Shown: piece after piece, positions 48,388 through 58,483 of the stretch
Layout: each line of letters opens with the position of its first letter
Position numbering within the stretch: position 1 is the first letter of the stretch
Origin: Candidatus Oxydemutatoraceae bacterium
GTDB taxonomy: Bacteria; Pseudomonadota; Gammaproteobacteria; Poriferisulfidales; Oxydemutatoraceae
DNA: 64,000 bases
Direction: 5' to 3'
Assembly (NCBI GenBank): GCA_965219575.1
Contig: OZ244779.1
Coordinates: 2,060,769 to 2,124,768 of the forward strand
Translations under genes and position numbers: made by a program
Notes under the pieces: generated by a model
What the model saw: the letters and a program-made list of their open reading frames with translations, nothing else
The model's database searches: none
What the model was told of the DNA's origin: nothing

Positions 48388-49844
48388 CCGAACAAGAAAA
48401 CAACATGAAAACGATAGAACCCTTACTGCTCGACGGAAAGGCATGCGACTATATAGAGGTCACACAACCGTGGGATGAGCAGGCTATTGCTCGCATAGGC
48501 TTGGTAGATCGTGATACCGCACTGGGCGCACTCGATGTTGCGTATAAAACTTTTTGCGACAAGCGTGCTTGGTTGCCGCGTACGCAACGCATAGAAATAA
48601 TAGAAAAAGTCTGCTCTTTGCTTAATAAACGCAGAGATGAACTTGCAACACAGGCAGCCGCGGAAGGCGGCAAACCGTTGGTCGACTCAAAAGTTGAATT
48701 AGACAGAGCGGTGATATCTTTGCAGAGTTGTGTCGATTATCTGCGTAGTGTCGACGCCGACGGCAGGCGCATCACCATGGATATCAACGCCGCGTCTCAA
48801 GGACATCTCGCTTTTACTATCAAAGAACCACGCGGCGTAGTTGTAGCATTCAGCGCATTCAATCATCCGATGAATTTGATCGCCCATCAGATAGGTCCGG
48901 CGATTGCTGCGGGATGTCCGGTAATCGTAAAACCGGCTGCGGTAACGCCGTTGTCGTGCTTCGCCTTGGTAGAATTATTTTATGAGGCGGGATTGCCGCG
49001 CGCATATTGCCAAGCATTGTTGAGCGACAATCACCGAACCTCCAATGAATTAGTCTCCGATCCGCGCCTGTCGTTTTTCAGCTTTATAGGTAGTGCGAAA
49101 GTGGGCTGGTCCTTGCGCTCGAAACTACCCGAAGGTGCCGGTTGCGCGCTGGAACACGGCGGGGCGGCACCGGTGATTATTATGGACGATGCGGATTTGG
49201 ACGACAACCTGCCGCGTCTCGCCAAAGGAGGCTTCTATCACGCCGGTCAAGTTTGCGTATCGGTACAGCGCGTATACGCGCACCGCACCGTTGTCGATAC
49301 AGTGGCAACACGCCTGGCCGAGCTGGGAAAAGCAATGAAAATAGGAGACCCTACCGAAGCGGATACCGAAGTAGGTCCGCTAATCAAGCGTAGCGAAGTA
49401 GACCGAGTTGACGATTGGGTGCAGCGTGCCGTCGCCGACGGTGCAAAGCCCGTGTCCGGCGGCAAACGTTTTTCGGATACCGCCTACGAATGTACGGTAC
49501 TACTCAATCCTTCGGATACCGCAGAAGTTAGCTGCAAGGAAGTATTCGGACCGGTGATTTGCGTATACGCCTTCGACGATGTAGACGATGCACTACGTCG
49601 TTCGAACGCGCTGCCTTTCTCGTTTCAAGCTGCGGTGATTACTCGCAACATCGATAACGCATGGTATTGCGCAAAACACCTCAATGCAACTGCGGTCATG
49701 ATTAACGAACACACTGCTTTTAGGGTGGATTGGATGCCTTTTTCCGGACGCATGCACTCGGGGTATGGAACCGGCGGCGTTCCGTACACCATAGAGGAGA
49801 TGCAGCTGGAGAAAATGCTGGTGATGCGCTCTAAGCATCTATAA
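48375..49844 (+). CDS. Aldehyde dehydrogenase family protein
   Basis: FNHP, KPA, FIGS, LEHGG, GQVCVS and EVFGP motifs. Confidence 0.92.
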   Translation: MPDLTEQENNMKTIEPLLLDGKACDYIEVTQPWDEQAIARIGLVDRDTALGALDVAYKTFCDKRAWLPRTQRIEIIEKVCSLLNKRRDELATQAAAEGGKPLVDSKVELDRAVISLQSCVDYLRSVDADGRRITMDINAASQGHLAFTIKEPRGVVVAFSAFNHPMNLIAHQIGPAIAAGCPVIVKPAAVTPLSCFALVELFYEAGLPRAYCQALLSDNHRTSNELVSDPRLSFFSFIGSAKVGWSLRSKLPEGAGCALEHGGAAPVIIMDDADLDDNLPRLAKGGFYHAGQVCVSVQRVYAHRTVVDTVATRLAELGKAMKIGDPTEADTEVGPLIKRSEVDRVDDWVQRAVADGAKPVSGGKRFSDTAYECTVLLNPSDTAEVSCKEVFGPVICVYAFDDVDDALRRSNALPFSFQAAVITRNIDNAWYCAKHLNATAVMINEHTAFRVDWMPFSGRMHSGYGTGGVPYTIEEMQLEKMLVMRSKHL

Positions 49845-49846
49845 AA

Positions 49847-51136
49847 ATGATTGTAGATCACAGAAGGGGATGTGATTTTGGTTTATCGAGCGATTGCATT
49901 TCACAAGAAGCACTCAAAGTAGTAAAAGTCTTACAAAAAGCAGGCTACAGTAGTTATATCGTAGGCGGCGGAGTACGCGATCTATTGCTCGGCAGACAAC
50001 CTAAAGATTTTGATATCGCCACTGCGGGACACCCCGAAAAAATTCGCCGCCTATTCAAACATTGCAGACTGATCGGCAAACGGTTTAGACTGGCTCATGT
50101 AATCTATAACAGACACATATTTGAAGTGGCAACATTCAGAGCCAATCACTCGAACAAAGCGCGAGATAATCTGCCGATTAAAAAATGGTGTGTCGCCGAT
50201 GATAACAAATACGGCACTCTGGAGGAGGACTTGGTGCGGCGAGATTTCACTATCAATGCAATGTACTACGACCCTTTCAGCGACGAACTGATATGCCATC
50301 CGAGAGCAATATCCGATTTGGAGAATCGATGCCTTCGTGCAATCGGCAACCCGTTACAACGCTATCGGGAAGATCCGGTACGAATTTTGAGAGCCTTGCG
50401 CTTGGCAACCAAGCTCGACTTAAGCGTGGAAACCGAAACCGAAGCACAGATTATTCCAAACCGTATGTTACTAATGAACATGCCGCATGCTCGTTTGTTC
50501 GAAGAGTGCAAAAAGTTATTTTTCTGTGGTTCGTCACTGAAACTTTTTCAACAACTCGAACACTTCGGATTATTTGAATTACTATTCCCTCAAACTGCGG
50601 ACGCAATGAAAAATCACCGAAAAACCGAAGCTTTTAGGCACTTCTTAGAGCTTCTGTTCGATGCGACCGACAGGCGAATCGCTTTATCGGAGCCGGTGAC
50701 ACCGGCATTTATACTCGCCGGTTTATGGTGGCTACCGGTGTATATCGGAGTAGGAAAACATTCCGGGAAAAGATACAGTCTTGCTAGAATCAGGGAAAAA
50801 GAGGTCGGCAAGGTGGCTATGATACAACGTTCACGCATCGCTATACCCAGATATATACTCAACATCGTATACGATATATATAATTTACAACCCCATTTCG
50901 GTAGCCGAAATAAAAAAGAAATCAACCAATTAATTAATGCGCATCGTTTTCGTGCCGCTTATGACTTTTTAGGCTTACTCTCCAAAGCCGGACTAGCCGA
51001 TGTGAGCAGTTACGAATGGTGGAAAAAATTTCAACAACTCAACAAGAAACAACGCGATTTAATGATAGCCGACAAAACCAAAAAGCATTATAAATACAAA
51101 TATCACAAACATACAAGACAAAGCGTGCAATGTTAG
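49847..51136 (+). CDS. pcnB: Poly(A) polymerase I
   Basis: VGGGVRDLLLG..KDFDI, LIGKRFRLAHV (PAP signature), RRDFTIN and FRAAYDFL motifs. Confidence 0.93.
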   Translation: MIVDHRRGCDFGLSSDCISQEALKVVKVLQKAGYSSYIVGGGVRDLLLGRQPKDFDIATAGHPEKIRRLFKHCRLIGKRFRLAHVIYNRHIFEVATFRANHSNKARDNLPIKKWCVADDNKYGTLEEDLVRRDFTINAMYYDPFSDELICHPRAISDLENRCLRAIGNPLQRYREDPVRILRALRLATKLDLSVETETEAQIIPNRMLLMNMPHARLFEECKKLFFCGSSLKLFQQLEHFGLFELLFPQTADAMKNHRKTEAFRHFLELLFDATDRRIALSEPVTPAFILAGLWWLPVYIGVGKHSGKRYSLARIREKEVGKVAMIQRSRIAIPRYILNIVYDIYNLQPHFGSRNKKEINQLINAHRFRAAYDFLGLLSKAGLADVSSYEWWKKFQQLNKKQRDLMIADKTKKHYKYKYHKHTRQSVQC

Positions 51137-51630
51137 CGGCGATTGCATTGGGTGCAAACTTAGGGTCGCCCACTACCACCTTAAGCGCAGCGATTAAGAA
51201 GGTATCGCGCCTGCCGGCGAGCAGATTAATCGCTCGTTCGAGTTCGTACCGTAGCCGTCCGCAAGGGCCGTTGAGACAACCCGATTATATCAATAGGGTG
51301 ATACTGATAGAGACTTGTTTGGCACCGCTCGCACTGCTCAAGCACCTACAAAGTATAGAACGAAAATTCGGACGGCAGCGCGGTGTGCGCCAAGGACTAC
51401 GCTGGGGACCTAGAAATATAGATCTCGATATCATCGCTTACGGCAATAAATCTATACATGGCAAAAGGCTGATCGTTCCTCACCAATCCGCCGACAAACG
51501 CCTTTTCGTGCTTAAACCGCTTGCCGAAATCGCCCCCCGATTATCGCTTCCGGGCAAAGGGAAAGTCTGCGATCTGTTAGCTGCGCTGGGGGATGATGGA
51601 ACATGTCGAAGAATTCACAATGTCGGCTGA
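51130..51630 (+). CDS. folK: HPPK (2-amino-4-hydroxy-6-hydroxymethyldihydropteridine diphosphokinase)
   Basis: IALGANLG, RWGPRNIDLDI and VPH motifs. Confidence 0.95.
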   Translation: MLAAIALGANLGSPTTTLSAAIKKVSRLPASRLIARSSSYRSRPQGPLRQPDYINRVILIETCLAPLALLKHLQSIERKFGRQRGVRQGLRWGPRNIDLDIIAYGNKSIHGKRLIVPHQSADKRLFVLKPLAEIAPRLSLPGKGKVCDLLAALGDDGTCRRIHNVG

Positions 51631-52288
51631 GAAAAGAATAGATTACCTCGCTATCGAAGGCCCTATCGGGGTCGGAAAAACCAGTCTCGCCGCTAAACTT
51701 GCAGAGGATTTCTCTGCCGAACTATTACTCGAACAAGTAGACGAAAATCCGTTCTTGCAACAATTTTATAAAGATATTAAAAATTTCTCTCTACCCACAC
51801 AACTGTATTTTTTGTTGTCGCGTGTAGAGGCACTACAAAAATTACGGCAAAGAGAGGTATCGAGTTCGATGATAGTGAGTGACTTTTTACTGCAGAAAGA
51901 TCAACTATTCGCCCGTCTTTTATTAGACGACAAACAGCTTGATCTTTACCGAAAGATATACGAAAACCTGCATATCCCCGATATCAAAGCCAACCTAGTC
52001 GTTTATCTGCAGGCACCGGTATCGGTGCTGATCGAGCGTATACGAAAGCGCGGGCGAGACTTCGAGAGACCCATAGATGCCGAGTATCTCAACCATCTGA
52101 ACAACGCCTATCTTGATTTCTTCTACCATTATAAAGACTCTGCGGTGTTAATCGTCAACACCACAGATGTCGACTTTATAAACGACAACGATGAATACTA
52201 CAGACTTAAAGAACACATTCTGAATGTAGAATCGTCAAAATGCTACTATAATCGACCACTTTACGAATTGCAGAAACATGGAAAATAA
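51620..52288 (+). CDS. Deoxynucleoside kinase
   Basis: IEGPIGVGKT P-loop and RIRKRGR..E. Located between folK and panB. Confidence 0.9.
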   Translation: MSAEKRIDYLAIEGPIGVGKTSLAAKLAEDFSAELLLEQVDENPFLQQFYKDIKNFSLPTQLYFLLSRVEALQKLRQREVSSSMIVSDFLLQKDQLFARLLLDDKQLDLYRKIYENLHIPDIKANLVVYLQAPVSVLIERIRKRGRDFERPIDAEYLNHLNNAYLDFFYHYKDSAVLIVNTTDVDFINDNDEYYRLKEHILNVESSKCYYNRPLYELQKHGK

Positions 52289-53075
52289 CCACGATAGCAA
52301 AATAACGTTGGCTACTTTGCAACAAATGAAGGCCTCGCATCAACCGATTGCCTGCCTCACCGCTTACGATGCTTCTTTCGCCCGTATCATAGACGATGCC
52401 GGTGCCGATCTCGTGCTGGTCGGAGATTCTCTGGGAATGGTAATACAAGGTCATGCAACGACCGCTAAGGTGACTATGGACGATATGGTCTATCATTGCC
52501 GGTGCGTTGCTCCCCATATAAACCGAGCATTCTTCGTTGCCGACATGCCTTATGCAAGCTATTCGTCGGTTGATTTAGGCTTGCATAATGCGCTGCGTTT
52601 GATCGACGAAGGAGGTGCCGAAATGGTGAAACTCGAGATAGTATCGGATACCAGCGTAGATGTGACACGAGCACTCGTCGATAAAAAAATACCGGTATGC
52701 GCACATATCGGTTTCTGCCCGCAAACACTCTCCGACACCGACTCGCCTTACACTTCCGGCAAGCCGAAAGTAGCAAGCAACACGGTGTTGCAGCAAGCGA
52801 CCGATTGCATAGCCACAGGTGTCGATTTGTTATTGGTCGAATGTGCCGCCAAACACTTAGGCAAGCAAATTAGTTCGATGGGTGATGTGCCGGTCATCGG
52901 CATCGGGTCGGGGGTTGATTACGACGGACAAATCCTCGTGATGCACGATGTCCTGGGAATTAGCAGTCATCCGCCTAAATTTGCCGAGAATTTTCTAGTC
53001 GACAAAGACTCCGTATCGGCGGCGTTTACAGCTTATATACGAGCGGTCAAAACAAAGCATTTTCCCCCACCTTGA
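52278..53075 (+). CDS. panB: 3-methyl-2-oxobutanoate hydroxymethyltransferase
   Basis: LTAYD, LVGDSLGM, ADMP, VKLE and IGIG motifs. Confidence 0.96.
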   Translation: MENNHDSKITLATLQQMKASHQPIACLTAYDASFARIIDDAGADLVLVGDSLGMVIQGHATTAKVTMDDMVYHCRCVAPHINRAFFVADMPYASYSSVDLGLHNALRLIDEGGAEMVKLEIVSDTSVDVTRALVDKKIPVCAHIGFCPQTLSDTDSPYTSGKPKVASNTVLQQATDCIATGVDLLLVECAAKHLGKQISSMGDVPVIGIGSGVDYDGQILVMHDVLGISSHPPKFAENFLVDKDSVSAAFTAYIRAVKTKHFPPP

Positions 53076-53088
53076 CTTCGTCCTTATC

Positions 53089-53955
53089 ATGTTGATCGCC
53101 GGAGATATTATGCAGGTGCGCAAACAGATGGCGCAATGGCGGCAACAATCGCACAGCGTTGCCTTCGTGCCGACGATGGGTGCCTTACACGAAGGGCACT
53201 TTAGGCTACTCGAGCGGGCGCACGATGTTGCCGATAAAGTCGCAGCGAGTATTTTTGTCAACCCGGTACAGTTCGACAGCATGGAAGACTTACAAACCTA
53301 TCCCAGAGACGAGGCGCAAGACATCGAGGCATTACGGCGTTTTAAGGTAGAACTTGCTTTTGTGCCTACAGCGGAAGAGATGCACAGCAAAGATTTATCA
53401 TCGGGCGTGCGCGTTATAGCCGGCAGTTTGTCGGATGATTTATGCGGTGCTTTCAGACCTAAACACTTTGACGGCGTAGCAACCATCGTTGCCAAACTAT
53501 TAAATATATTCCAACCCGATGTGATCGTGCTGGGGCAGAAAGATTATCAACAACTCTGTATCGTCAGAGAACTGGTACGCAATTTATCGTTCGATGTCGA
53601 AGTCGTGTCGGTCGAAACGGTGCGCGCTGCCGACGGCTTGGCGTTGAGCTCCAGAAACGCATACCTTTCCGAACACGAGAGAAAACAAGCACCCGCTTTA
53701 TACCGTGGCTTAAAACAAATAGCCGATTGCATAAAACAAGGTAGGGACGATTTAGAAAATTTGAAAAAAGAGGCTGTCGCACTGATGACGGCCGAAGGCT
53801 TAAACACCGAATATGTAGAAATTAGATGCGCACACTCGCTCAAAATTCTGCATCGAAGACAATTCCCTCTGGTCATACTGGCAGCCGCACGGCTGGGGAA
53901 AGCGCGTCTGATCGACAATGTACTGATAACCGACACACCTTTTGTAATATCGTAA
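53089..53955 (+). CDS. panC: Pantoate--beta-alanine ligase
   Basis: PTMGALHEGH, GQKDYQQ, LSSRN and RLIDN motifs. Confidence 0.96.
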   Translation: MLIAGDIMQVRKQMAQWRQQSHSVAFVPTMGALHEGHFRLLERAHDVADKVAASIFVNPVQFDSMEDLQTYPRDEAQDIEALRRFKVELAFVPTAEEMHSKDLSSGVRVIAGSLSDDLCGAFRPKHFDGVATIVAKLLNIFQPDVIVLGQKDYQQLCIVRELVRNLSFDVEVVSVETVRAADGLALSSRNAYLSEHERKQAPALYRGLKQIADCIKQGRDDLENLKKEAVALMTAEGLNTEYVEIRCAHSLKILHRRQFPLVILAAARLGKARLIDNVLITDTPFVIS

Positions 53956-54024
53956 ATCTTTATGATACTTCTCCGGATCTAATTGCCACATCAGACGGTA
54001 TTTATCACTTTATTCGTGTCTCTT

Positions 54025-54753
54025 TTATCCACTACCGTCCAACATCCGCTCCAATTCGGATTTGTGTTTGAGCCAATGACTCCTCAACAACTCATACTTA
54101 TCTATATGCTTGTACAAATCCTCGTCTATCGTTGACTTGGCCTCAGGATATGTAGAGTATGTTTTATACAGAGAACCTTTTTGCTTAGACCTAAACTCTG
54201 AATTAAACGAATATTTCTGTATCTCTTCCGATAAACCCGGGCAAGCTATCTTTGTTTCCAACTTTTTGATATCCTCAATCAGGTGTTCGTATCTAATGCA
54301 AAAATCAACGACTAACTTACCATCTATATGAATAGGTGCATATAGAAAGGAAGCAATCCGTCCCGATTTTTTAAATCTTTTTTCAATCCACTCTCCAAAG
54401 ACCGGCATGTCCTTCTCTTCGGTATTTCGGTGGCAATCATAATATTTAGAAATCATTTTATCGTAGGGACTTCGTATGGTCGCTATCTTCGTATAGCCTT
54501 CCCAAATGTCTGCCGAAATATTATTTTTTATGATGGTTGCACTATTATGTTGCTTATATTTACGGTCTTCACCTTCCCCGATATTTTGCTCTCCATAATA
54601 TCCTAAAGACTCCCTTATTTCATCCTGTCCACGCCCTAGTCTAGTTATTAAATCTTCAGGCCCACAATACTTTGAAAGTGCCATTTCAAACGACATACTT
54701 GCAACTTTTTGAAGCCTTATATATATAACTTTTAGCCTATGTGAAATAATCAT
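54025..54753 (-). CDS. Sulfotransferase family 2-like protein
   Basis: MIISHRLKVIYIRLQKVAS..FE.ALSKYC, IRSPY and DFCIRYEHL. Paralogue of 3986..4819. Confidence 0.7.
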   Translation of the reverse strand: MIISHRLKVIYIRLQKVASMSFEMALSKYCGPEDLITRLGRGQDEIRESLGYYGEQNIGEGEDRKYKQHNSATIIKNNISADIWEGYTKIATIRSPYDKMISKYYDCHRNTEEKDMPVFGEWIEKRFKKSGRIASFLYAPIHIDGKLVVDFCIRYEHLIEDIKKLETKIACPGLSEEIQKYSFNSEFRSKQKGSLYKTYSTYPEAKSTIDEDLYKHIDKYELLRSHWLKHKSELERMLDGSG

Positions 54754-54986
54754 TTTATCGACACCTAGATAGCTACGGAACTCACTGTATCAATCGTATA
54801 ATTATATTATAAATTGAATAAGTATTCCGTATACCGTAAGGGAGAGTTAACATTGCGATTTTGTATGAGTTCACGCCGATTGACCTACCCGCTCAATCGG
54901 CTCTTTTATTTTTCAATAGCCTCGGTTCCATATTCGCAATTTATTAGTATAATGATTCCCGAAATATAATACGTGGAGGTATTGAC

Positions 54987-57293
54987 ATGACATTGTATAC
55001 AAAATCTGAAGCACCCGAAGGACATTCATACCATCATATGTGTTGTCCGCACGATTGTCCGGATACTTGTTCTATCTTGGTAACCCGAAACGACAAGACG
55101 GGTAAAGTCGTCAGAGTGCAAGGCGACCCGACTCACCCTATCACCAAAGGCTATCTCTGCAACAAAGTAAATCATTATGTTGAATTAGTCTATAACGACA
55201 ACCGAGTTCTCTATCCACACAAACGAGTAGGGCCCAAAGGTCCGAACGCAAAATTCGAACGCATCGGTTGGGACGAAGCTTTGGATACGATTACCGACAA
55301 CATGAAGGAAGTCATATCCGAATACGGTTCCGAAGCCGTGCAACCGTATTCGTATTCGGGAACACTCGGCATGCTGGGTTACTGGGGCATGGATCAACGT
55401 TTCTGGAACAGAATGAACGCTGCCAGACTGGAGCAATCGATCTGCATCTACGCAGCGATGTGGGCGGGTATTTATACCTACGGCATTGCCAACGGCCCCT
55501 CTATACACGAAGCGTGTTCGGAGGCGGAAGTCATTATATTATGGGGGACCAATTTGGTTAGCACCGGCGTGCATGCGATACCTTTTATACAAAAAGCGCG
55601 CAAGCGCGGTGTCAAACTAATCGTCATAGACCCACGCGTAACGCGTACTACGATGATGGCGGATTGGCATATACAACCGCGCCCCGGCACCGACGGTGCA
55701 TTGGCATTAGGGATGATGAAGATCATCGTCGACGAAGGTCTACACGATTTAGATTTCCTAAAAGAACAAACCGTAGGCTGGGAAGAGTTTTTAGAGAAAA
55801 AGTTACCCGACTATCCACTTGAGAAAGTCGCAGAGATTACCGGGTTGGATGCCGAGACGATTAAAACGCTGGCTCTAGAATACGGCAGTACGAAAAAAAG
55901 CTATATTCGTGCAAATTACGGCTTGAACCGCCACCAAAATGCAGGGCAGATGTGCCGTTCCATCTTGGTGTTGCCTTGTGTCACCGGTGCCTGGCGCGAG
56001 AAATGCGGCGGGGTCGCTTTCGGTACACTGGAAGAAATGTGGTTGAAATTCCCGTTGGGCAAATTACAACGCCCGGACTTAGGAAACCGTGCCGAAAAGC
56101 GTATCGTCAATATGGTGCAGATCGGACGAGCCCTAGCCGACGATATCGGTGCCAACGAGGAGAAACTGGATCCACCGATTAAACATCTATTCGTTTATAA
56201 CTCGGATCCGGCAAACTGCGCACCGAATTCCAATAATGTGCGCAAAGGACTGATGCGCGATGACCTGTTCGTTGCAGTACACGATACTTTCTGGACCGAT
56301 ACTTGTAAATACGCCGATATTGTGATCCCTGCCGATACGCAGTTTGAGCGAGCCGATTTGCATGCAGCCTACGGGCATTATTACTTCAATATGAACAAGC
56401 CTATCATAGAGCCGTTGGGTGAAAGTGTGCGCAACACCGAAATGTTTCGTATGCTCGCAAAGAAAATGGACTATGTCGAGGCAGGCGATAATGCTTTCAC
56501 GCAGACCGACGAGGAAATGATGAGAGAAATCGTAGACGATACCGAAAATCCTCTGATGGAAGGCATCACCTACGAGGAACTCGAAAAAAACGGCTGGGCT
56601 CGAGGTAGCGTAGAATCCGAACGACGCGACTTCCTGAATAAAGGTTGGCCGACCGAAAGCGGAAAAATAGAAATCTATAGCAAGACTTTAGCCGACCAAG
56701 GACAAGACCCTATGCCGACCCACAACCCCGAGGTTGAAGGACAAGAAGATCACGAGCGTCGCAAGGATTATCCGATACAGGTGATCAGTAGCGCAACCCA
56801 TTACTTTATAGGTGATTCGTTCCAGTCGGTGCCGCGCCTACAAGCGATGATGTCGCGTCCCACCGTCGAATTAAATCCCGAAGATGCAAAAGCACGCCAT
56901 ATCAAAGATGGCGATTTAGTACGTCTTTATAATGATCGCGGCGAGACTTTTTGTTATGCGGTAATCGTCGACGGCTTGTTGCCCGGTGTTTGTGGAACCC
57001 AAAAGCAATTTAAGGGAAGCCATACTCCGGGCGGTGTCAACGCAAACGGATTGAACTCCGAGATGTTGACCGACTTCGGCATGAGCCCGTGTTTTTATTC
57101 GGTGCTGGTAGAAATAGAGAAAGCGGAGGCAGCGGATAAACTAACCGCACAAAAATTAAAGCAAATGGGAGGAGAAGCCGGCTATATCAAAGCATGGCGT
57201 TCCGACCCGCGCAACCAAGACGCCAAGATGAGCGACGAAGAGATCATTGCGTATGCAAAATCGCAAAATCCACAAGCATTTACGGAGGTTTAA
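54987..57293 (+). CDS. Molybdopterin (bis-MGD) oxidoreductase family protein, no Tat signal
   Basis: N-terminal CPHDCPDTC..C Fe-S motif, IDPR..T, DIVIPA, and a C-terminal molybdopterin-dinucleotide-binding domain (NPEDA..R.I.DGD.V). Confidence 0.88.
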   Translation: MTLYTKSEAPEGHSYHHMCCPHDCPDTCSILVTRNDKTGKVVRVQGDPTHPITKGYLCNKVNHYVELVYNDNRVLYPHKRVGPKGPNAKFERIGWDEALDTITDNMKEVISEYGSEAVQPYSYSGTLGMLGYWGMDQRFWNRMNAARLEQSICIYAAMWAGIYTYGIANGPSIHEACSEAEVIILWGTNLVSTGVHAIPFIQKARKRGVKLIVIDPRVTRTTMMADWHIQPRPGTDGALALGMMKIIVDEGLHDLDFLKEQTVGWEEFLEKKLPDYPLEKVAEITGLDAETIKTLALEYGSTKKSYIRANYGLNRHQNAGQMCRSILVLPCVTGAWREKCGGVAFGTLEEMWLKFPLGKLQRPDLGNRAEKRIVNMVQIGRALADDIGANEEKLDPPIKHLFVYNSDPANCAPNSNNVRKGLMRDDLFVAVHDTFWTDTCKYADIVIPADTQFERADLHAAYGHYYFNMNKPIIEPLGESVRNTEMFRMLAKKMDYVEAGDNAFTQTDEEMMREIVDDTENPLMEGITYEELEKNGWARGSVESERRDFLNKGWPTESGKIEIYSKTLADQGQDPMPTHNPEVEGQEDHERRKDYPIQVISSATHYFIGDSFQSVPRLQAMMSRPTVELNPEDAKARHIKDGDLVRLYNDRGETFCYAVIVDGLLPGVCGTQKQFKGSHTPGGVNANGLNSEMLTDFGMSPCFYSVLVEIEKAEAADKLTAQKLKQMGGEAGYIKAWRSDPRNQDAKMSDEEIIAYAKSQNPQAFTEV

Positions 57294-57294
57294 T

Positions 57295-58416
57295 GTGAGC
57301 AATCCAAGCACCAACTTTTACGATCCTGTCCGACAACTGGCTCAAATACCCTACCCCGATAAGACGCTCTACGGTGGTCGGGCAATAACCAACCAATGCA
57401 AGATCAAAAGTATGAAAAAGCTAACTTACGATACTTGCGAATTGGTTATCAAGGCCGAGGAAGGCTCGCAACCGATAGCACGTAGCGCAGGGCAATACGC
57501 GATATTAAAAATAGACGGCATTGAAAAACCCCGCGCCTATTCCTTCGCACGCTCTCCGAAATGTGAAGAGACCGGCGAGTATTCATTCTTCATACGCCAA
57601 GTGCCGGGAGGTCAATTTTCGGGCTGGTTGTTCGATGCCGACCGCAGCGGGCAACCCATTACCGTTCAAGGACCGCTCGGAAAATTCGGTATAGATCCAT
57701 CCGATCTGCAAATGGTTTGTATCGCCGGGGGTAGCGGCATGAGTGCTATCTTCGCACTGCTTGAAGATGGCTGCTTTAGACAAATACAGAGAAATGTATT
57801 ATTCCTATACGGTGCGCGCACCCAGAGAGACCTCTATTGCATTGAAGAAATCAAAACATTAAAAGAGAAGTGGCATTCGGATTATCAATTCGAGTTTGTC
57901 CCGGTATTGTCCGAAGAACCCGAAGACAGCGACTGGCAAGGCGCACGCGGCATGGTGACCGATTATCTAAAGAAAAACTACTTGGATGCCGGAAAAGTGT
58001 CGTTGACCGAAGCCAAAGCCTATTTCTGCGGACCGCCACCGATGATAGACGCGGGCATTGCGGTATTAACCGACCTCGGGATGTCGGAAAACGACATCTA
58101 TTACGATAAATTCGAAGACATCAGATCACCGGCACCGGTAGTTGATAATGCAACCTGCGTGTTATGCGACGAATGTCTTTTTGTCTGTCCTATACCCAAG
58201 TGTATTATCGAGGCATCGAATTTACGCAAAGACGGCGACGGCATCGTCTACGAAGAAGTGGATCCCTATAAGACATCGGGTCTCTATTACAACACCCTGT
58301 ATATAGACCCCAAACAATGTATCCGTTGCTACGCTTGCGTCGATGCATGTCCGGCGGGTGCAATAGATCCTAAAAATCCTGCTATGCCTAAAATGATACG
58401 GCGTATCGACGGCTAG
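57295..58416 (+). CDS. FAD/NAD(P)-binding reductase fused to a C-terminal 2x[4Fe-4S] ferredoxin
   Basis: RAYS, GGQFS, AGGSGM and CGPPPM motifs, then CVLCDECLFVCP and CIRCYACVDACP. Start probably GTG 57295. Confidence 0.85.
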   Translation: MSNPSTNFYDPVRQLAQIPYPDKTLYGGRAITNQCKIKSMKKLTYDTCELVIKAEEGSQPIARSAGQYAILKIDGIEKPRAYSFARSPKCEETGEYSFFIRQVPGGQFSGWLFDADRSGQPITVQGPLGKFGIDPSDLQMVCIAGGSGMSAIFALLEDGCFRQIQRNVLFLYGARTQRDLYCIEEIKTLKEKWHSDYQFEFVPVLSEEPEDSDWQGARGMVTDYLKKNYLDAGKVSLTEAKAYFCGPPPMIDAGIAVLTDLGMSENDIYYDKFEDIRSPAPVVDNATCVLCDECLFVCPIPKCIIEASNLRKDGDGIVYEEVDPYKTSGLYYNTLYIDPKQCIRCYACVDACPAGAIDPKNPAMPKMIRRIDG

Positions 58417-58483
58417 AGGCACCAACGCCTTTCCCTCTTTGGGAGGGGAATGTACCGACACCGTACCTTGTGCAGATATTTCT

